Part shown: in pieces, positions 8,441 to 16,161 of the stretch
Position numbering within the stretch: position 1 is the stretch's first letter
How the letters are laid out: the number at the start of each line of letters is the position of its first letter
Source of the DNA: a bacterium
Lineage (GTDB): Bacteria; Zhuqueibacterota; Zhuqueibacteria; Oceanimicrobiales; Oceanimicrobiaceae
Assembly (NCBI GenBank): GCA_046757025.1
Contig: JBHHXN010000097.1
Coordinates: 1-19,341, forward strand
Direction of reading: 5' to 3'
DNA: 19,341 nt
Program-made: the position numbers and the translations under genes
The notes under the pieces: generated by a model
The model's input: the letters and a program-made list of their open reading frames with translations, nothing else
The model's database searches: none
Told to the model about the DNA's origin: nothing

Positions 8441-9712
8441 ATGATCAAATTTGTTCGTTTAGAAAACGACGTGACCGCCGAAGCTTTTCAACAGCAGGTT
8501 AACAACATCGGACTGAAAGTATTAAAAAAATATAAATTAACAAATATAATAAAAATCGAAATTCCAGACGATAAAGAAATCAGTGCTCAAACAATCGATG
8601 CCGCAATCAGTCCCAATAAATGTAAAGAAATACTGGACGATTTTGAGGTGCATCATTGTCTGGATAAAGCGATTCCGTTAGTGGGGGTTAATTTAGTCTG
8701 GGATCGCCCAAATCGAGGGGAAAATATGACCATCGGGATTTGTGATACCGGCGTGGACAAAGAGCATCCCGATTTAGCCGGTCGTATTGTGGCCACCGCT
8801 GATTTCACCGACGAGGGCGACTTTGACGGCAACGGACACGGCACCCATGTTTCCACCATCGCAGTGGGCGACGGCAGCAAATCCAACGGTTTATACAGCG
8901 GGGCCGCGCCAGCAGCGAAAATGCTTATGGCGAAAGGCTTGAAGTCGGATGGCAGCGGCAGCGCGGCAAGCATTGCCGACGGCATCGATTGGCTGGCCGA
9001 GCAAAATGTGGACGTCATTTCTCTGAGCCTGGGCGGAGTGGCCATTCCAAGAGTGAAAGACATTTTGCAAGTGATGTGCGAAGCCGCCGTTGATCAAGGA
9101 ATCGCGGTTTTTTGTGCCGCGGGTAACAGCGGACCGGGGGAGCGCACCATTGGAACTCCGGGTGTCTCGCCGAAAGTCATCACCATCGGCGCTTCCGATG
9201 ACCAGGACCAGGTTGCCGAGTTTAGCTCACGCGGCCCAACCGTCGATGGTTACGAAAAACCCGACGTGGTGGCGCCCGGCGTCAAGATCATTGCCGGGCG
9301 AGCTAAAGATACCGCTCTCGGTACGGTCATCGACGATCATTACGTCGAGTTGTCCGGCACCAGCATGGCCACACCTCTGGCCGCTGGCGTGGGAATTTTG
9401 ATCAAGAAGGAGTACAATGGCATCTCTCCCATCGATTTAAAAGCGAGATTAGAGGGGCATGCAAAAGACCTGGGTACAGGTAAAGACACCATTGAAGGTG
9501 AAGGTCGAATACAAGCACTGGAAGCCATCACCGGCGAACAGCCCTCTCCTTTGCCCGACGAACCCATTGCGGATCCGGAGAAGCCCTGTTTTTTATCCCG
9601 GCTGTTTGGCGGCGGCTCAGCGGTGTTACCCGTTTTTAGGGTAATTCGCGACGAAGTTTTGCATCCTTATTCCTTTGGCAGAAAAATTATTAAACTGTAC
9701 TATCGATTATAA
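8441..9712 (+). CDS. S8 subtilisin-like serine protease (AprX-like, no signal peptide) with I9-like propeptide and truncated CFI-box-CTERM-like tail
   Basis: Catalytic triad ICDTGVD, GHGTHV, SGTSMATP; oxyanion AAGNSG; FSSRGPT...KPDVVAPG. A Pro-rich linker leads to CFLSRLFG...VFRVIRDEVL...GRKIIKLYYRL. Confidence 0.93.
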   Translation: MIKFVRLENDVTAEAFQQQVNNIGLKVLKKYKLTNIIKIEIPDDKEISAQTIDAAISPNKCKEILDDFEVHHCLDKAIPLVGVNLVWDRPNRGENMTIGICDTGVDKEHPDLAGRIVATADFTDEGDFDGNGHGTHVSTIAVGDGSKSNGLYSGAAPAAKMLMAKGLKSDGSGSAASIADGIDWLAEQNVDVISLSLGGVAIPRVKDILQVMCEAAVDQGIAVFCAAGNSGPGERTIGTPGVSPKVITIGASDDQDQVAEFSSRGPTVDGYEKPDVVAPGVKIIAGRAKDTALGTVIDDHYVELSGTSMATPLAAGVGILIKKEYNGISPIDLKARLEGHAKDLGTGKDTIEGEGRIQALEAITGEQPSPLPDEPIADPEKPCFLSRLFGGGSAVLPVFRVIRDEVLHPYSFGRKIIKLYYRL

Positions 9713-9742
9713 AAATCTTGCAGAAATCGCTGCTGTGAATTG

Positions 9743-9785
9743 GGAGATTGCTTCGACTCGCTGGACAATGTGAGTCTCGCAATGA
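9743..9785. repeat. REP-like repeat, family B, copy 1
   Basis: ggagattgcttcgactcgctggac-aatgt-gagtctcgcaatga. The first 24 nt are identical to the copy at 16294-16336. Confidence 0.8.
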
Positions 9786-9876
9786 TAATGCCCGGAAATT
9801 TATAGCGCGACTCGTGAATTGTATGGGATGAAGGCGTCTCCAGGCACCGGCCGTTTCATTAGATGCCCTGTTGAAG

Positions 9877-9894
9877 ACTGAGTGGAGTCGAAGG
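9877..9894. repeat. REP-like family A core (reverse orientation)
   Basis: actgagtggagtcgaagg is the reverse complement of ccttcgactccactcagt. Confidence 0.55.
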
Positions 9895-9985
9895 CTGAAC
9901 GGAGTTGAAACCGGAATTAATAGTTAATAAATCAAAAATATTTCAAAAGCTTTTTTTACAATCAATTCAGAAGGGACTCGAGTTA

Positions 9986-11275
9986 GTGGACAGCTTTTTT
10001 ATCAAAGTCAAGGATAAAGAATTTGGGCCCGTGGACAAAAGCGAGCTGCGGGATTTGATCAAGCAAGGCAGCTTCTCGGAAGAAGACCTTGTATGGAATG
10101 AAAACCTGGACGAGTGGTATGCAGCCGCGAGTATTCCCGAGCTGACATCCTTCTTTAATAACGGTCACAAGCGAAATTTTCAAAAGAAAATTGTTGCTTT
10201 CGCCAGCGGCAAAGGTGGCGTCGGTAAAACAGTCTTATCGGCTTCCATCGGCGTGGGTTTGGCTTCCATGGGCCACGAAGTGATCTTAGTGGACGGCGAT
10301 CTCGGCGGACCCAATTTGCACACCTGTCTCGGGATTTTAGACCCGCCGTACACCTTTTTCGATTTTTACTCGTTGGAAAAAGATTCCCTCAGCGAAATCG
10401 TTTTAGAAACGCCGGTAGACAATTTACAACTGATCAGCGGCGCCTGCGGTACGCTCGGGTTGGCCAATCCGAAATATTTTCAAAAACAACGATTTATTCG
10501 CGAGCTCAAAACGCTGCAAGCGGATTACCTGCTATTGGATTTAGGTGCCGGCGCCTCGTACAATGTCATCGATTTTTTTCTGCTGGCCGACGAAAAATTC
10601 TTAGTGATCACACCGGAGCCCACTTCACTGCACGAAGCCTTTGGTTTTGTGAAAATCTGCCTCATGCGCGAGATCACCCGCCGCCTTAAAAAACATCCCA
10701 AAGCTTTAGAAGTGATCGCCAATGAACAAATCAATCGACCCGGAAAAATTCAAAGGAAAGTTTCTGAGCTGTTGCAACAAATCAGAAAGTGCGACGAGCA
10801 AGCCTTTACAATATTTATGCAATTTTTGGAAACCTTTCAGCCGAAACTCATTTTAAATAGTGTAAAAGAAAAAGCCGATACCAAAGAAGCCTTGGCCTTA
10901 CAGGTGGCAATGCTAGAGCTGCTTTCGGTCAACAGTCTGTACCTGGGCCACATCGCTTACGACGACAAGGTGGGCTTGTCGGTTAAAAAACTCAAACCGT
11001 TTTTACTGAACGCTCCGGGCTCGAAAGCAGCGCAAGATTTGCATTCCATCATTCGAGAACACATTCTGGGGAAAACCGGCATCAAAGAAATCATTGAAAA
11101 AAGGAGGTGGCGCAAACAGGTCAATCATTACTCAGAAGATTATCCCGAAAATGATTTAATACAAGAATCGGTTATTTGCTCGGTAAATTGTTTTTACTGG
11201 GACGACTGCGAATACGCAGACGGCGGCAATGTGTGTAAAGTCCGTCATTTAGAACCCGTTTACATTGACAGATAA
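9986..11275 (+). CDS. MinD/FlhG(FleN)-family P-loop ATPase with N-terminal GYF_2 (DUF4339) domain and C-terminal 4-Cys motif
   Basis: GYF_2 signature FGPVDKSELRDLIKQGSFSEEDLVWNENLDEWYAAASIPEL; deviant Walker A SGKGGVGKT; DGDLGGPNLH; LDLGAG; PEPTS; tail CSVNCFYWDDCEYADGGNVC. The start is uncertain: the ORF opens at TTG 9905, while in-frame GTG 9986 follows AGAAGGGA and sits just before the GYF domain. Confidence 0.85.
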   Translation: MDSFFIKVKDKEFGPVDKSELRDLIKQGSFSEEDLVWNENLDEWYAAASIPELTSFFNNGHKRNFQKKIVAFASGKGGVGKTVLSASIGVGLASMGHEVILVDGDLGGPNLHTCLGILDPPYTFFDFYSLEKDSLSEIVLETPVDNLQLISGACGTLGLANPKYFQKQRFIRELKTLQADYLLLDLGAGASYNVIDFFLLADEKFLVITPEPTSLHEAFGFVKICLMREITRRLKKHPKALEVIANEQINRPGKIQRKVSELLQQIRKCDEQAFTIFMQFLETFQPKLILNSVKEKADTKEALALQVAMLELLSVNSLYLGHIAYDDKVGLSVKKLKPFLLNAPGSKAAQDLHSIIREHILGKTGIKEIIEKRRWRKQVNHYSEDYPENDLIQESVICSVNCFYWDDCEYADGGNVCKVRHLEPVYIDR

Positions 11276-11529
11276 AACCATCTGATTCAAACAAGATTCG
11301 ATGGCTGTTGCAGGCAATCTGACTTCAACAGCTTGCTGAATCTGCGTAAAAAACATGATTGTGACGATTTTCAAAACAACCAGATATTAATGTTATTCTA
11401 AAAAAATCTTATCAATAATCAGCAACTTGCACCAAATTATTAAGATTCTTCCAGAACGATACGACCCGCTGGTAAGGATTTTTCTCGGAGGCTCTGCAAG
11501 TTGACCATGCAATTTTAAGGAGGATCAAA

Positions 11530-11811
11530 ATGAACATCAAACCGTTAGGAGACCGCATTCTGGTCAAAAGAATCGATGAATTTGACAAAGCAGGCAACAT
11601 CATCATTCCGGACGCCGCAAAGGAAAAACCTCAAAAGGGCGAGGTGATAGCAGTGGGAACCGGCAAATTAGATAAACACGGCAAACGCATTCCTTTGTCA
11701 TTCAAAAAGGGCGACAAGGTTTTGTTTGGCAAATATTCAGGGGATGAATGGAAAAGCGGCGACGATGAGCTGCTGTTTTTAGGCGAAGACGAAATACTGG
11801 CCATCCTTTAA
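11530..11811 (+). CDS. groES: Co-chaperonin GroES (Cpn10), not followed by groEL
   Basis: IKPLGDRILVKR, IIIPDAAKEKPQKGEVIAVGTG, GDKVLFGKYSG and EDEILAI. AAGGAGG RBS. Confidence 0.96.
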   Translation: MNIKPLGDRILVKRIDEFDKAGNIIIPDAAKEKPQKGEVIAVGTGKLDKHGKRIPLSFKKGDKVLFGKYSGDEWKSGDDELLFLGEDEILAIL

Positions 11812-11859
11812 TCAGGGCCACAATCGGTAGTTTGTCAGTAAACTGCATTTCAAAATTTC

Positions 11860-11897
11860 AAAAGCAAGGCGGATAAATTTTGCCTTGCTTTTTTTTT
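11860..11897 (+). terminator. Intrinsic terminator after groES
   Basis: aaaagcaaggc-ggataaatttt-gccttgctttt, ending in a long T run. Confidence 0.8.
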
Positions 11898-11913
11898 AAG
11901 ATAGAAATATATT
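11885..11913 (+). promoter_or_regulatory. Probable sigma70-type promoter of the tol-pal operon, overlapping the groES terminator
   Basis: TTGCTT (11885-11890), 17 nt, TATATT (11908-11913). Confidence 0.5.
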
Positions 11914-11923
11914 GAAATTAATC

Positions 11924-12081
11924 AGTGCTGGCCGGAAACGGTCCCTCTCTTGCCAGAAGGCCTCCTGGTTGAGGGTGAATCCCGGCTGAGCCCGGCGAAG
12001 CCTGTCTTGAACTTGGTCGAAGGGACGCCCTTGCATAAGAGATTTTTTTCGGGCGTTTTCGAGTTTTCTGCCAGACACTAA
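11924..12081. mobile_element. MITE-like element, copy 2 (degenerate left TIR)
   Basis: Shares with copy 1, in the same order and orientation: cctcctggYYgagggtgaatYcc (20/23), gtcgaagggacg (12/12) and the right end cgagttttcNNNcagacactaa (19/22). The left end agtg-ctggccggaaac imperfectly mirrors the right end. Confidence 0.7.
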
Positions 12082-12198
12082 TTTAAAACTGAGTCAGCGC
12101 CTGCCGACGAATTGAAAATGAAGATTCAGTTGGAACTTCCATTTCACAACTATGTAAAACCTTCGACGCAGAGTTCATTTTATTTTTGGAGTTAGTTT

Positions 12199-12972
12199 AT
12201 GTCTTTTCAACTGTGTTTTACCGCCATCGCCCTCAACTTGCAGCCGCAGCCGATATTGTCGCGTAATGTACTCGATCTGATTATCAACTCAGGAATCGTC
12301 GCAAAAATCGTTCTGGCCATTCTTTTGCTGTTTTCCATTATCTCCTGGGGCATCATTCTGGATAAATTGCGCGTGTTGCGGCGACTGCGAAAGGAGTCCA
12401 GGACTTTTTTAAGGCTATTTCAGCAGCACAAAGGACCGCGAGAGATTTTTCAAGCCTGTAAACAATTTCCCAACAACCCATTTTCCGCTGTATTCCGGGA
12501 AGCCTACTGGCTTTTCACACAAAAAGGCGGTTCCTACCAAAATCCGGCTGACGCGGAAAGTATTGATCTTTTGCGCGAATCAAAACCCAAATCAAACCAC
12601 ACTTCCGAAGATATCATTCGCTTATTCGATTCGGTGGCCGGCCGGGAAGTTTTGAGTCTGGAAAAGCACCTGGTCTTTTTAGCCACCACCGGCAGCGTAA
12701 GCCCCTTTTTTGGATTGTTCGGTACGGTTTGGGGCGTGATGAGCGCTTTTTTGGCCATCGGGTTCACCGGCTCCGCCGATCTGAGTGTGGTGGCCCCCGG
12801 CATCGCGGAAGCGCTGATCACCACGGTGGCCGGTCTAGGGGCGGCCATTCCCGCGGTCATCGCTTACAATTACTTCGTGAACAAACTCAAAAGACTGAGC
12901 TCCGAATTGGAAATTTTTTACACCAACTTGATCGAAACATTTGGCCGAAAGGAATTCCATGAAGTCCGGTAG
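12199..12972 (+). CDS. tolQ: TolQ (MotA/TolQ/ExbB proton channel)
   Basis: Three TM segments; LATTGSVSPFFGLFGTVWGVM, VAPGIAEALITTVAGL and AIPAVIAYN. First gene of the tol-pal cluster. Confidence 0.93.
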   Translation: MSFQLCFTAIALNLQPQPILSRNVLDLIINSGIVAKIVLAILLLFSIISWGIILDKLRVLRRLRKESRTFLRLFQQHKGPREIFQACKQFPNNPFSAVFREAYWLFTQKGGSYQNPADAESIDLLRESKPKSNHTSEDIIRLFDSVAGREVLSLEKHLVFLATTGSVSPFFGLFGTVWGVMSAFLAIGFTGSADLSVVAPGIAEALITTVAGLGAAIPAVIAYNYFVNKLKRLSSELEIFYTNLIETFGRKEFHEVR

Positions 12973-13357
12973 ATACACCAACCTTTCAGAAATCAACGTT
13001 ACCTCGCTGGTGGACGTGACCCTGGTTTTGTTGATCGTGTTTATCATCACCGCTCCGCTTCTGCGCTCGGGTATGCGAGTCGATTTGCCGCAAGCGGCCG
13101 CCAAAGAAATCGATCCCCAAAAGGCCATCTTGCTCACCATCACGAAGAGCGGCGAGCTTTATTGGTATAAAGAAAAAATCTCGCTGGAGGTCTTGAAATC
13201 TCGACTGGAAAAACGCAAAGCCTCCAACCGTTTGCAACCGATTCTATTGCAGGGGGACAAGGCAGTATTCTATGGCAAAGTCATCGAAGTCATGGACGTC
13301 ATCAAACAACTGGAAATCGAAAAGTTGGGGCTGGTTCTGAAACCACGCCAGCGTTGA
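12959..13357 (+). CDS. tolR: TolR (ExbD/TolR)
   Basis: SEINVTSLVDVTLVLLIVFIITAP with the conserved TM Asp; VDLPQA; GDKAVFYGKVIEVMD. ATG 12959 follows AAAGGA and overlaps the tolQ end, so it is preferred over TTG 12941. Confidence 0.93.
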   Translation: MKSGRYTNLSEINVTSLVDVTLVLLIVFIITAPLLRSGMRVDLPQAAAKEIDPQKAILLTITKSGELYWYKEKISLEVLKSRLEKRKASNRLQPILLQGDKAVFYGKVIEVMDVIKQLEIEKLGLVLKPRQR

Positions 13358-13489
13358 ATCAGTACAACACTCTTAACAAACCGAAACGGTAACCGGAAAC
13401 ACGGTCAACAATCCAGATATATTTTCAAATCACCTTTTTCGGTGAAGGAGCACCGGTGAGTAAAATCGTTTTCTAAGTCTCGTAATTAA

Positions 13490-14125
13490 ATGAAATTAAA
13501 TTTAGTATTTTCCTTTAGTTTACACATCGTTTTTTTAGCGGCTCTTTTCCTAAGCAGAGCCCGGCAGCCCAAATTTGAGGGCTATCCGACCGTGGTGCCG
13601 GTGGAGCTGGTGCACATCAAACCGGTGGCGTTTACCGCGCCGGAAGCCAAAACAGTCCAACCGGCCCAGAAACCCAGGATTTCTGTACCGAAGAAATTAG
13701 AAGGGGTCACGTTGGAAAAGAAACCGGTACAAAAAAAGAAAAAGCCTGAAGAACCTGTAAAACCTGAAATCACAAAAAAAACGCAGGCAGAGCAGGTGGG
13801 TGTGAAAAGCGAGAGTATCCGGCTGGATGTTAAAGAATTTCCGTTTACTTATTATTTAGCCCTGCTCAAGTCGCGAATTCAGTCATACTGGGAGCCGCCG
13901 TTTCAGAGCAGCGGTCACACGTTGTCCAAAAAAGCCATCGTTTTTTTTAAAATTGCGCGCAGCGGCAACATCACCAACATGGCGGTTGAGAAAGGCTCCG
14001 GCGATTTCTTGTTCGATCGGGCGGCGCTGCGTGCAGTCACGCTGGCCAATCCGCTCCCGCCTTTGCCCTATGATTTTCCGGAACCCGCTTTGGGCGTGCA
14101 TTTTGAATTTGAACAGGGGCATTAA
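13490..14125 (+). CDS. tolA: TolA/TonB-family energy transducer (short form)
   Basis: N-terminal TM with S-x3-H (SFSLH), a Lys/Pro-rich linker and a TonB/TolA C-domain (RIQSYWEPP...GSGDFLFDRAALRAV...PLPPLP). It lies between tolR and tolB. Confidence 0.82.
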   Translation: MKLNLVFSFSLHIVFLAALFLSRARQPKFEGYPTVVPVELVHIKPVAFTAPEAKTVQPAQKPRISVPKKLEGVTLEKKPVQKKKKPEEPVKPEITKKTQAEQVGVKSESIRLDVKEFPFTYYLALLKSRIQSYWEPPFQSSGHTLSKKAIVFFKIARSGNITNMAVEKGSGDFLFDRAALRAVTLANPLPPLPYDFPEPALGVHFEFEQGH

Positions 14126-14155
14126 AATAATTATTAAACCATCGTCGAAAATATC

Positions 14156-15442
14156 ATGCACTCAACTAAAATAAAACTATGCTTTCTTGGCTGGCTTATT
14201 TCACTCTGCCCTCTTCTGCACGGGCAAACCGACGTTTATTTAAAAATTTACGACAAAACCTTTCAGCGAATGGAAATCGATCTGTATCCATTGATAGGGG
14301 AGACGATGGGTCGCAGGTCTGAAATCCTCTCGGGTTTGATTACGGAGGTGATCAGCAACGATCTGTGGATGTCGGGCTTTTTTAAAGTCAACCTCAGAGC
14401 GGGGCGCCCCCGTTTTGCTGCCGCTAACGATGGCGCAAGCTCGCGGGCTCTGGCCGTGCTGAGCGGTCATTTTCGCTTCCAGGGCAACAAACTCACCATT
14501 CAACCTATTTTGCAGGATCGGGTTTCCGGGCGCACTATCCTCAAAAATGATTACACAGATAATCTTGACAACCAAAGGTATCTAATTCATAAAATTTCGG
14601 ACGATATTGTTTACAGTCTCACTGGCGAAAACGGCATCGCGCGTACGAAAATCGCGTTTGTAAGCCAGCAGCGAAATAACGTCAAAGAAATCGCTATGAT
14701 GGATTACGATGGTTACAATGTGCAGAAATTGACCCGGGATCAAAGCATCAACCTTTCGCCGGCCTGGTCGCCCGACGGCAGCAAAATTTGCTTTACTTCC
14801 TACAAAAAACAGCAGCCGTTTCTGTTCGAATACAGTCTTCTCACCCGAACCGACCGGCAAATCTCCAATCATGTGGGATTGAACTCTTCCCCGGCGTGGT
14901 CGCCGGACGGCCGTAAAATTGCCTTCACCGTTTCCAAAGACGGCAACGCCGAGCTCTACACATTGGATCTCGTCAGCCATGAATTTAGACGATTGACATT
15001 CAACCGGGCCATCGACTCCTCCCCGAGCTGGTCGCCTTCCAATCGTGAAATGGCTTTTATTTCAGACCGAGCCGGCACTCCGCAAATTTATATCATGGAT
15101 TCCGACGGCGCAAACACAAGACGATTGACCTTCGAAGGCAGTTACAACGCCTCGCCGTCGTGGTCGCCCAGGGGAGACAAAATCGCGTTCGTTTCGCGAA
15201 CAGACAGTGGATTTGACATCTACACCATTGATGTGACCGGTGAAAATTCGATGCGTCTCACCGACAGCAGCGGTAGCAATGAAGACCCTTCCTGGTCGCC
15301 CAACGGCTATGCGCTGATATTCAGCTCCAACCGCAGCGGCAAAAGAGAGCTCTATTCCATGTTCTGGGACGGCTCGGATCAAAAACGAATCAGCAAAGGC
15401 GGTATTTTTTATTCGCCCGCCTGGTCGCCTCGAGCAAATTAA
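14156..15442 (+). CDS. tolB: TolB, periplasmic beta-propeller
   Basis: Signal peptide; N-domain ISNDLWMSGFF...HKISDDIVYSLTGENGIARTKIAFVS; six S-P-x-W-S-P type PD40 repeats. Confidence 0.95.
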   Translation: MHSTKIKLCFLGWLISLCPLLHGQTDVYLKIYDKTFQRMEIDLYPLIGETMGRRSEILSGLITEVISNDLWMSGFFKVNLRAGRPRFAAANDGASSRALAVLSGHFRFQGNKLTIQPILQDRVSGRTILKNDYTDNLDNQRYLIHKISDDIVYSLTGENGIARTKIAFVSQQRNNVKEIAMMDYDGYNVQKLTRDQSINLSPAWSPDGSKICFTSYKKQQPFLFEYSLLTRTDRQISNHVGLNSSPAWSPDGRKIAFTVSKDGNAELYTLDLVSHEFRRLTFNRAIDSSPSWSPSNREMAFISDRAGTPQIYIMDSDGANTRRLTFEGSYNASPSWSPRGDKIAFVSRTDSGFDIYTIDVTGENSMRLTDSSGSNEDPSWSPNGYALIFSSNRSGKRELYSMFWDGSDQKRISKGGIFYSPAWSPRAN

Positions 15443-15478
15443 ATCAACATATTTTTTATTTTGGAAAGGAGAAAAAGG

Positions 15479-16018
15479 ATGAAAAGGAAGTATTTGACGC
15501 ATTTTACACTTTTGTTAATGGCGCTGGTGTTAATCACCCTTGGGTGCGGTGGCAGCAAAGAAATCATCGAAACGCCGCCGCTTCAGGAACCGTTCCCAGA
15601 ACCCGAGCCGGCCCAGGAAGAGCCGGTGGAAGAAGTGGCCCAGCCGCAGTTAGAAGCCGAAGATATCGTTAAAAAAGAGCCGGTCAATCTCATGACCATC
15701 TATTTCGACTTTGACCGCTCGGATTTGACGCCGGATGCCAAAGCGACCCTTTCCACCAACGCCTACTTAATGCAGGAAAATCCCGAAATCACCGTTTTGA
15801 TCGAAGGTCATTGCGATGAACGCGGCACCGTGGATTACAATTTAGCCCTGGGTGAACGTCGGGCCTTAACCGCGAAAAATTATCTGGTCAGTTACGGCAT
15901 CGATGCCAGCCGCATCCGCATCATCAGCTATGGCAAGGAAAGACCGGCCGACCTCGGGCACAATCCCCAGGCCTGGGCCAAAAATCGACGAGCGGAATTT
16001 CTCCAGACCAATGAGTAA
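15479..16018 (+). CDS. pal: Peptidoglycan-associated lipoprotein Pal
   Basis: Lipobox ITLG-C; IYFDFDRS, IEGHCDERGTVDYNLALGERRA, ISYGKERP and AWAKNRRAE. ATG 15479 follows AAGGAG. Confidence 0.97.
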   Translation: MKRKYLTHFTLLLMALVLITLGCGGSKEIIETPPLQEPFPEPEPAQEEPVEEVAQPQLEAEDIVKKEPVNLMTIYFDFDRSDLTPDAKATLSTNAYLMQENPEITVLIEGHCDERGTVDYNLALGERRALTAKNYLVSYGIDASRIRIISYGKERPADLGHNPQAWAKNRRAEFLQTNE

Positions 16019-16089
16019 GGTAGAGCAACCGGATACGACGAAGCACGATTTCGGGTGCCAAAAAGAATGACGACGAATTCACAAATTAA

Positions 16090-16117
16090 TTGACATTCAT
16101 TTTTTTTCACTTATATT
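16090..16117 (+). promoter_or_regulatory. Internal sigma70-type promoter downstream of pal
   Basis: TTGACA (16090-16095), 16 nt, TATATT (16112-16117). Confidence 0.55.
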
Positions 16118-16161
16118 TAATGGCAACCGTTAATCGGCATGACCTGGCGTAATAAGAGGAA

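Noticed and set aside
8441..11275. Subtilase + ATPase as an IetAS-like toxin-antitoxin or defence pair
   Set aside because: Those systems use an AAA+ ATPase. This one is a MinD/ParA-class ATPase with a deviant Walker A, and the protease looks AprX-like.
9986..11275. Calling the ATPase Mrp/ApbC (Fe-S carrier), minD or flhG
   Set aside because: It lacks the Mrp CPxC motif and D-x-P-P-G-T pattern, has no min or flagellar context, and has extra domains, so no gene symbol was assigned.
11896..12078. 60-aa minus-strand ORF
   Set aside because: It coincides with MITE copy 2, and the 'PFDQVQD/LRRAQP' peptides are translations of REP hairpins.
12199..14125. ExbB-ExbD-TonB iron-uptake system
   Set aside because: Direct linkage to tolB, pal and cpoB identifies the cluster as Tol-Pal, and no TonB-dependent receptor is nearby.
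14750..15432. Regularly spaced tggtcgcc repeats (~130 bp period) suggesting a CRISPR-like array
   Set aside because: They encode the W-S-P of TolB PD40 propeller blades within an intact ORF, and the repeats are too short for CRISPR.
14582..15502. 132-aa and 146-aa antisense ORFs in tolB
   Set aside because: Their repeated GRP motifs are the reverse-complement reading of TolB WSP repeats.
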